Shown piece after piece: positions 1 through 9,400 of a DNA stretch of 64,000 nt (positions within the stretch are counted from its first letter, which is position 1; every line of letters starts with the position of its first letter). The stretch comes from Candidatus Heimdallarchaeota archaeon. Lineage in GTDB: Archaea; Asgardarchaeota; Heimdallarchaeia; Heimdallarchaeales; Heimdallarchaeaceae. Both the position numbers and the translations under genes were made by a program. The notes beneath the pieces were generated by a model that was not told the origin of the DNA, made no database searches, and was given only the letters and a program-made list of their open reading frames with translations. The DNA lies in the NCBI GenBank assembly GCA_019057815.1, contig JAHLWR010000003.1, positions 1 through 64,000 of the forward strand, in the 5' to 3' direction.

Positions 1-83
1 TAATAATTTTGTCGGCACTCAGACCCTAAAATTTTTCGTTATTTCGGAAGTACTATTAAAAGAATTTATCGTTGGATGGAGAA

Positions 84-121
84 AGAAAATTAAAGAAGAA
101 AGAAAAATAAAGAAGAAAAAG
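84..121 (-). terminator. T/C-rich tract, probable archaeal terminator of the ATPase gene
   Basis: A-rich run on + (aaagaagaaagaaaaataaagaagaaaaa) directly after the stop of 122..1654. Confidence 0.45.
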
Positions 122-1654
122 TTATGTTTTCAAGCCTTTTTTAGCTTTTTCTATAGTTCGATCAGGATCAGAGTTATACTCTTGAATAACAGTAGCTACA
201 TCCTCGAAATATCGGATTCTTCGCTTGACCATCCATCTTAGTACTATTTTTCTACGCTCCATTTCATCAAAGATTTCTTGCTCTGTTATACCTGTGCTCT
301 CCATCATTTTCTCTAAAACATAACTTCGTCCGAAATATATGAAATTATCTTCACGAGGAGCCCATTGATAGAGTTTATTGGTCAAGATTTCCTCTGTGAC
401 TGGGTCTAATCCAATTATTTCTGTAATTGTTTGTGTTCTTCTAGCGAATTTTGACTTAATACGGACTTTTCGAATTACATGAATAATGTCCAATGATTTC
501 ATCATTGAACGAGGAATATTCATTGGTTTACTCTCTAATCTATGAATAACTCCTTCTACTGAATCACCATGTATGGTGCCTAATCCTCTGTGACCAGTGC
601 TCATGGCTTGGAACATTGCGTAAGCTTCTTCCCCGCGTATTTCACCAACTATTATATAATCGGGTCTTTGTCTCATAGCAGCTCTTAACAGCTGATACAT
701 TGAAATTTGACCTCTTCGATATCCGGATTCTGAAGTTTCACCAAAACCAGATCTAACAACACTAGGAATCCAGTTTTCATGCGCAAGATTTAATTCTGCT
801 GTATCTTCGATTGTGATTATTTTCAAATCTGGCTTAATCATCATGGAAACTGTATTGAGTAAAGTAGTTTTTCCTGCAGCAGTACCTCCTGCTATAAGGA
901 TACTGATATTGTGCTCCATTGCAAGCCAGTAAAATGCTGCTATATCCAAATCAATAGTATTGTAAAGAATAAGATCGGAAATTGTGAATGGATCGGCTTT
1001 AAACTTACGGATTGTAAAAGTAGAACCTCGTTGTGTAACTTCCGTACCATATGTTAGCTGAACTCTGCTACCATCGGGTAACGAAGCATCTAAAAGAGGA
1101 TTGGCTATGCTTACGTGTCTATTAGCACGCTGGGCAACCTTGATTACAAACGAATCTAACTCGTCTGCTGTGTCTAAAGATATGTTTGTAGCAATAGATT
1201 CATATTTACGATGCCATACGTAGATTGGTATCCCAATACCATCACATGAGATATCTTCAATATTGTGATCTAGCATGAAAGGCTGTATCTTTCCATAACC
1301 GATAAGATCACGTGTAAGATAGTACATTATTTTCTCGAATTGTGATTCATTTAATGAAATTCTATAACGCTTTATAATATCAACAATTTTCTTTTTTAAG
1401 AATTCTTCAGCTTTTGTTGAATCTTTTAAAACTGAAAAATCAACGTCAAGCTCTTCAATCATGATATCTAAAATTTTCTTGCAAATAGCTTGTTCTTTGC
1501 TGTCAAGAGGAATTTCTACTACCATATAAGCTGTTCTTTTTGTAACAGGATCAGTTTGGATTAAAACATACGAGAATGGGGGGCTAACGGGGTAAGTTTC
1601 TTCAAGAATAGGAACAGCTGCTGTATCGGTAAATGAATCGGTTGATTCTTCCAT
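122..1654 (-). CDS. Type II/IV secretion (VirB11/FlaI/archaeal pilus) ATPase
   Basis: Walker A GGTAAGKT, ITIEDTAEL, RQRPDYIIVGEIRG and STGH..GTIH His box; adjacent to pilin genes. Confidence 0.93.
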   Translation of the reverse strand: MEESTDSFTDTAAVPILEETYPVSPPFSYVLIQTDPVTKRTAYMVVEIPLDSKEQAICKKILDIMIEELDVDFSVLKDSTKAEEFLKKKIVDIIKRYRISLNESQFEKIMYYLTRDLIGYGKIQPFMLDHNIEDISCDGIGIPIYVWHRKYESIATNISLDTADELDSFVIKVAQRANRHVSIANPLLDASLPDGSRVQLTYGTEVTQRGSTFTIRKFKADPFTISDLILYNTIDLDIAAFYWLAMEHNISILIAGGTAAGKTTLLNTVSMMIKPDLKIITIEDTAELNLAHENWIPSVVRSGFGETSESGYRRGQISMYQLLRAAMRQRPDYIIVGEIRGEEAYAMFQAMSTGHRGLGTIHGDSVEGVIHRLESKPMNIPRSMMKSLDIIHVIRKVRIKSKFARRTQTITEIIGLDPVTEEILTNKLYQWAPREDNFIYFGRSYVLEKMMESTGITEQEIFDEMERRKIVLRWMVKRRIRYFEDVATVIQEYNSDPDRTIEKAKKGLKT

Positions 1655-1770
1655 AGATTATTATTATAATGGAGTATTTTTAAATGTATTTTTCCTATCT
1701 CATATAAAAAAATAATTTACAAAGTCAATTAAAATAGACAAAATCGGTTAAAAAGGAGTTTTAGAGCGTT

Positions 1771-2235
1771 TTATTCAACTAATTGTATTTGACTAGTACT
1801 TCCGTCGTAATTAAAAACGACTCTTGGACCAGAGCTTGAACTTTGAATTGACCCAGACAATAAGATATTTGATGAATCGATAAAGAGCTTTATGGATATG
1901 CTGAAGTCTGAGTCATCTGTTAGTGTAGCGGTAAGATAATAAGAAGAATCTCTGTCTTCTATTTCAATTATGTATTCTTGGTCGTGTATGTTATTAGGTA
2001 AAGCTATGATAACCTCTATTGCAAAACTTGTCGCACCCATCTCTATTTGTAGACTCCCTTGATATCTTAAATCATGAATTATCTCAGATATTTTCTGCAA
2101 GACATTTTCTAAATTCGTTTCAATGGCTTTATTTTCCATTGTATCATCAATTGCAATAAGCGTAGCTGAAATCCCAGCTATTGCTAAAGTGCCTACCAAC
2201 AAGACTGACATGTACATAATATATTCGCTTGGCAT
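1771..2235 (-). CDS. Minor pilin-like protein
   Basis: N-terminal SEY plus hydrophobic helix, then a beta-rich domain; 7 nt downstream of a pilin gene and upstream of the pilus ATPase. Confidence 0.6.
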   Translation of the reverse strand: MPSEYIMYMSVLLVGTLAIAGISATLIAIDDTMENKAIETNLENVLQKISEIIHDLRYQGSLQIEMGATSFAIEVIIALPNNIHDQEYIIEIEDRDSSYYLTATLTDDSDFSISIKLFIDSSNILLSGSIQSSSSGPRVVFNYDGSTSQIQLVE

Positions 2236-2242
2236 TTTAATC

Positions 2243-3097
2243 CTACTTTACTGTTATATAGATATCAATTTCTATCATTTGTATGTTTAATAAATGTATG
2301 CTGTAATTAGGGTTTACTGGGAAATAGATTGGTCGCTCAGTTTGAGCTTTCCCATAATCATCGAACAGTTGCATTTCTCCATAAATATCATTGTTAAAGA
2401 TAATTGTGCTATATGTTGTTTTTCTAGTTCCATGATATTGTACATCAAGGAAGATATTTTTCTGTGAAACCGGGGTTGATGTTTCGTTTAAGATGAGATT
2501 TACATGAACTATATCCAGCATGTATATCTCAGTCATACCTTCTGTTTGATAATTTATGTTCAAGGAATATCGATAATATAATGATAAATATAGGAAGGAT
2601 GATTCTTCTCTTGTCCTTGATTCATTTAAAACCGAAATTTCATTGTAAAGTTTACTACTTCCATTGATCATTAGATAATCTTGTTTTTCAGGACCTATTA
2701 GGTACTTATGCTCTCCTTGTGAATAATCTGCTGTAGCTGTACTTTTATGTATCACTCTACTTACATTTTGTTGAATACTAAGGTGTTGTTGCTCTTCTCC
2801 TACCTCTCTGATGTAAAAAAACATCAGCCAATTTGAAGCAAATAGAAATGACCCCTCTGATTGTTGGATATATACTTCTCTAGTCAGTGGTGGTGGACTA
2901 TTAATCAGTTCATGAATCGTGTCATCAAGTGAAATGAAATACATGTGATTGCTATTATTGTAACTATTGTCTTTGAATATTGAAAGAGTTGGTCCCATAA
3001 ATGTCAGAGATATAGCTATAGCTGCTAGTATAAGTATAAACATCAAAATAACTGCAATTACTGGAGAGAGAGCTCTTCGATTCTTTAGAAATTTCAT
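2243..3097 (-). CDS. Archaeal type IV pilin-like protein with class III signal peptide
   Basis: MKFLKNRRA/LSPVIAVILMFILILAAI is a classic prepilin-peptidase motif. Confidence 0.85.
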   Translation of the reverse strand: MKFLKNRRALSPVIAVILMFILILAAIAISLTFMGPTLSIFKDNSYNNSNHMYFISLDDTIHELINSPPPLTREVYIQQSEGSFLFASNWLMFFYIREVGEEQQHLSIQQNVSRVIHKSTATADYSQGEHKYLIGPEKQDYLMINGSSKLYNEISVLNESRTREESSFLYLSLYYRYSLNINYQTEGMTEIYMLDIVHVNLILNETSTPVSQKNIFLDVQYHGTRKTTYSTIIFNNDIYGEMQLFDDYGKAQTERPIYFPVNPNYSIHLLNIQMIEIDIYITVK

Positions 3098-3454
3098 CTT
3101 TTGCTTATTTATGACTCTCTCTAATTAAAATCTATCGGCAGTTGTATTCCGATAAAGTTTTTAAAGATGTTAAATACACTTGATGTTCTAAGACAAAAAA
3201 CGTGTTCCTATGAAGTTTCAGGGCTTTAAAACAACGTTCGATTTTTGTCGGGACTAGAATGCTTTAAAAACATGTTAAAGTGCATTCTAACCGTCCTACA
3301 AAGGCTTAAATATACGTTTTCGTGCTTCCATTTAATAATCTGTGGTAGAGTTTTGATGAAACAATCACAAAAAAATAATATTGTCTGGGGGAAGGACTAA
3401 ACTTTGTGTAGTTTATTTAGTAAACTCTATATTAACAAATAAAGGGGAAAATTA

Positions 3455-6400
3455 TTGTCAAAGATTCAACTGTCAAAAAATGCTTTAACAGTGCTAGAAA
3501 AACGTTATCTCTTAAAAGATGAAAAGAGAAAAGTAGTAGAAAAACCTGAAGAACTATTTCAGAGGGTGGCTAATAGTATAGGAAACAATGAAGAGGAGAG
3601 GGAGAAGTTCTATGATTTAATGACTTCATTAAGATTTTTGCCAAATTGCATAACAAAGGATACATTAATACCAACAGATCAAGGTGTTTTCTCTTTAGGT
3701 GATATTCCTGCTGGTAAGACAAATTTCAATGTTTATTCAGACACAGGAAAAGAAACAGCCGAATACTGTTTTGATAATGGCTTCCATGAAATCTCAGAGA
3801 TAGAGACAGAAAATGGTTATTCTGTGAAATGTACCCCTCTTCACCACTTTCGAATTATTGATGAAAATGGTGATTATGTTTGGAGACAAACAAAAGATCT
3901 TCAAAATAATGACTGGATAGCTTTACATAGGGATTTTATAAATACCTATAATACGAAAATTAAATTAAATATTGAATTTGAAACGAAACAAGTGGGAGCT
4001 CCTCCAAAACCAATTACTCTACCAGAATATTTGTCGGAAGAACTTGCAGAATTTCTGGGTTTGTACATCGGTGATGGCTCTTTAAGGGATTATAGTTTGA
4101 GGTTTGGAGTTTTTGGAGAAGACACTGATTTGGTTAATAGAATCTGTAATTTATCCCAAGAATTATTCAACCTAGATCCGCAAGTAAAGAAATTAAGTAG
4201 AGCAAATATGTATGAAGTTTTACTAAATAGTATTCATCTCTCTTCTTATCTACGTAATAACGGTTTAGCTAAGAGTTCATCTTTAGAAGCTAAGGTTCCC
4301 AACCCCATATTGAAATCAAATAATAGAGTTATTCAAGCATTTATCAGAGGACTTTTTGAAGCTGATGGTTCTGTTAATGATAGAGGTATAGAATTTTTTT
4401 CAGCATCAAAACAGATTACAAAACAAATTCAATTTCTCTTACTCGGTCTAGGAATATGCTCGCGTGTAACTAGTAGAAAGGACGGTTACCGATTACATAT
4501 CAAAAATAATAGGGACGGGTTGTTATATAAAGATAAAATTGGTTTCTTAAGTATTCGAAAAACCTCACTTTTATCTCATATAAAACGTTCAAGCAATGAT
4601 TCAACCCATAAAATACCAAATCAGAGAAAGAAACTTCATGAATGGTATCAACATAATAAGGATTACAAACTCTACAAAAAATTAGCTCGTTTCTTGATTA
4701 AAGGTAAATACAAGCAAGAAATTTCAGAAGAAATATTTAACCAGTATTTAAAGGAATTCCCAAGTCTTAAAACACTCCCAATTGTGGAATTAATGGATAA
4801 TGGATTAGTTTTTCAAAAAATAAAAAAAATCACCCATAAAGAAGAAAAAGTCGAAGTAGGTGATCTTATGGTCCCCAATAATCATACCTATATAGCTAAT
4901 GGTTTCGTTAGCCATAATTCCCCTACATTAATGAATGCAGGAACAGACCTAGGGCAGTTATCTGCATGTTTTACAGAAGATCAGATTATAAACACAAGTG
5001 ATGGGAATAAGCACATTAAAAACATAGAAGTAGGTGACTATGTTTTAACTGCAACAGGGAATTACAAAAAAGTTACAGACACAATGATAAGAAAGTCTGA
5101 AGAAAGATATGAAATTGATGTCTGGAAGTTACCTAGTAAAACTCTCTCCGTTACTGAAGAACACCCCATTTTAGTCCTTAAGAATGGTGAAGCTACTTGG
5201 GTTCCTGTAAGAGAACTCAAAGAAAATGATTATGTTGCAATTTCATATCCTTCAAACACTGAAAATATTGAAAATATCAATGTAATTGACTACTTACATG
5301 ATGAAAGATTCTTTGTAGAAAATGGTTTTGTTTATCAATCAAACGTGGATTCTAGACTAAGAAGTGGTACTGTTAGTAACCAAGTCAAGCCAATTAAAAG
5401 CATTATTCCAATCAATCAAGATTTCATGAAATTTGTGGGTTATTATGCAAGTGAAGGTGATTCTAATGACAAAATGGTAAGGTTCACCTTCTCTGACAAA
5501 GAGGTTAAATTCGCTGTAGATATAAAAAATATAGTTGAAACTCTTTTTGGTTTAAAAACCAGAATTGAAGAGTCCTCTAGTGGTAATTGGATTAATATTC
5601 GTTTTCACTCTAAGATGTTTGCTGAATTCATCAAGAACTTATTAGGGACAGGTTTCAATAAGAAAAAACTTCCCAAGTGGATGCTAACACTACCACCTGA
5701 AAAACAAGAAGGATATATCTTGGGGTGCTTTAGAGGTGATAGTACTTTATATTTAAACAGACATATTCACAATGCACGATTAATAATGTGCAACTATGAC
5801 CTTGTTTACGCTGCTTGGGCTATGCTCTTACGAATCGGAATAGTTCCGAATTTAAGTACTTGCACGATGCCTGATATAGGTAATGAGCTTCCTTATTCAT
5901 GCACAATATCAGCTTCTCAAGCTCAAAATATGATGGAGGAAATATACAATACTCAAATTACTGGAATAAAGCAAATTTCAATGCAAAGATTGAAACATGT
6001 AAGCATTAATGGACAACTCTTCTTACCAATTCGAAAAATTGAGAGAATCAAGGAATCATGTGATGTCTACAATTTTGAAGTAGAGGATGAACACACTTAT
6101 GTTGCTAATGGAGTTTCAGTGCACAATTGTTTTGTCCTTCCTGTAGAAGATGATATGGGAGGGATTTTTGAAACTATAAAATCAGCTGCCCTGATTCAAC
6201 AATCAGGTGGGGGAACGGGTTTTAGTTTCTCTCGTTTGAGACCAAAGGGTGATGTTGTCAAAACAACAGGGGGTGTTGCATCGGGTCCCATTAGTTTTAT
6301 GGAAGTTTTCAATGCTGCAACAAATACTATAAAGCAAGGAGGATGTGTCGCTGCAGATAGTTTGATTCGTACTGATACAGGTACCATACCCATTGGTGAA

Positions 6401-9400
6401 CTCCTTAATTGCCCTCCTTTTGGTGAGAATCCTACAAAGTCATTAGTGTATGATGGTGACGACTTTAATCATGCTTACATATCAATGGATAATGGAGTCG
6501 CTGAAGTAATAACGATCACAACTGATCTTGGTATAGAACTTGAACCTACTTATAATCATCTTATTGCTAATGTAAATGAAGAAGGTGATTTAATTTGGAA
6601 GAGAGCTGAGGATCTAAAGGAGGATGATTGGATAGTAGTTGTTTTAGGTGGTCATAGTGGTAATGATTCCTTCTTGCCACCAGTAAAAGAACAACACCCC
6701 AATTCAAACCAAATCTCCCTACCAAAGAAAATTACACCTGAAATAGGAGAAATATTAGGTCTGTATATGGCCGATGGTTGTATCAGCACCCAAGGGCGAT
6801 TGGTATTTAGCTTGGACAATAAGGATTCTGATCTCATTCAAAGAATTCAAGATCTTATGCTGAAATCCTTTGGTCTTTCTGTAGGTACTGTTGACGATAA
6901 GGAGACTTATACAGATTTGTTCTTCTATTCTCGCGATTTATGTGACTACTTTGAGAAGATGAACTGGAAGAAAACATCCTCTTTTGATGCCTTTGTTCCT
7001 CAAATCATTTTCCAATCGTCTGAAGCTGTAGCTAAAGGTTTTATTCGAGGTTTATTTGCTGGAGATGGTGATGTCCATTCTGATGGTTATCCACGTTATT
7101 ATTCGATTTCTAAACAACTGATTAAACAATTACAACAATTACTATTAGGATTAGAAATCGTGTCCTCTATCACAATAAACGAAAAACGTTCAGGGAGTTT
7201 CGGTGATAAACCCATTTATATGCTTACAATCATTCCTGAAAGAAGTTTAACAATTTTTAAAAACGAAATTGGTTTTGCTTCTCAACGAAAGAATGATACA
7301 TTCTTCAAAAGATTTCCAAAGAAAGCTTTTGAATATGTTGACTATATTCCAAACCAACGCTCTAAGCTGAAACAACACTATAATTATGTTGGAACTGGAA
7401 CAGGTAAAGGAAGGACAAAAAGAGGTGCTAACCGTCAGTTCTATATAGCAATATATCATTATATCTTAGATTCTCCAAGCTCTTATAGAAACCTAACAAG
7501 AAAAAGGCTTCTACAATTATTCGAGAAATTCCCATTTTTAGCAGAAGATACCCATTTCAGAGAGATTTCTGACCCAAAGTATTATTTCACTCAAGTTCGT
7601 TCAATAAAAAGAAGTGAAATCTATACAATGGATATCGAAGTATCAGGATCAAATAAGTTCGTAGCAAACGGTGTTTTAGTTCATAACCGTCGCAGGGGGG
7701 CCAACATGGGTATCCTTCGAGTTGATCATCCTGATGTTATGGAGTTCATTACCTGTAAAGAAGATCAGAGTAGATTAACTAATTTTAACATCTCTATAGC
7801 AGTAACTGAATCTTTCATGAAAGCTGTGGAAAAAGGAGAAGATTACGATTTAATCAACCCTCGAACAAAAAAAGTTATAGGAAAACTGAATGCGAAGGAA
7901 GTCTTCAATAAGATAGTGGAACTATCATGGAAAAATGGCGAGCCTGGGATGGTCTTTATTGATAGAATAAACAAAAGCAATCCTACACCAGAGTTAGGGG
8001 AAATAGAGAGTACGAATCCATGTGTAACTGGAGATACACTTATAGCTACTGAAAAAGGATTAATGAGGATGGAGAAACTGGTTGAGCAATATGGTGAAGG
8101 AGGAATACCAATTGCGACAGATAATCGTGTTCCTGTTCAAGTTCCTAATGGTGATGGTACTGTTAGTTTGATGGAAGTTAAAGAAAAAGGTGTAACTCTA
8201 AGACCTATTACAAGAGCTTTTACTACCGGTATAAAAGATGTTTACAAAATAACTACTCAATCAGGGTATGAGCTCAAAGCTACTGCAGATCATAAAATGG
8301 TCACTAATGATGGTTGGATTGAAATTAGGAATATAGACCTAGAAAAACATAAATTACTCTTACAATCAGGAGAAGGAAAATTCAACAAAGATCTATCTCT
8401 TCCCTTTAAGATCCAAAATGAATTCATTGGTAATAATGGTAGAAAATATTCTTTCAACTTTCCATCCCAATGGTCTAAAGAACTAGGTCAAGTCATGGGG
8501 TGGTTAGTTGGTGATGGTTGGTTACGATCGGGAGATAAAAATTGTCGAGTAGGGTTCACTTTTGGAGAAAGAGATAAGAAAATTATGAACTATCTCAAAC
8601 CATTCATTAACAGTTGGTATGGAACCGATATTGAAGCTATAAAAAGGGAGAATGGTGTTTATCACCTTTCATATCACTCGAAATACTTTGTTGATTTCTT
8701 CAAGAAACTTGGAGTTAAACCAGTTAAGGCAGATAAGAAACAGGTACCAGAAACAATCTTTACAGCACCAAAGGAAGCAGTGATAGGATTCCTGCAAGGA
8801 TTATTTACAGCTGATGGTACCGTTGGTGTTAATGAAATAAACAACACTAATTATATTAGGTTAACATCTAAATCACTAAGATTGGTTAAAGAAATTCAGG
8901 TTTTACTAGCTAACTTCGGATTGAAATCCATAATATATGATCGAAGCAGACCGGCTAGGGAAAAACTATTTAAATATATAACTAGAAATGGGGAAACTAG
9001 ATTTTATGGGTCTGATGGTATCTGTTATGAGTTACAAATAAGTCGTGATTCCATAACAAAGTATCTAGATGTATTTGGATTTTTATGCAATAGACACAAA
9101 AAGAAAACCAGAATATTACAAGAGAAACATCTCATTGAAACCAAATATGAGGATGCTATTGTGTCTATAGATTATTTGGGTCAAGAAAGAGTATATGATT
9201 TAACAGAACCAAAAACGTTAACCTTCATTACAGGCGCTCTAGTGAGCGTTGACTGCGGGGAACAACCACTTTTGCCCTATGAGTCTTGTAATCTTGGTTC
9301 CATTAATCTTTCTCGCCACGTTACTAATGGTTCTATTGATTGGTCTCTTCTTGAAGACTCTGTTCGATTTGCTGTTCTTTTCTTAGATAATGTTATTGAT

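Noticed and set aside
3320-3454. Cobalamin riboswitch, NrdR box or C/D-box RNA ahead of nrdJ
   Set aside because: No B12-box consensus, no convincing NrdR palindrome, and TGATGA has no matching CTGA D box.
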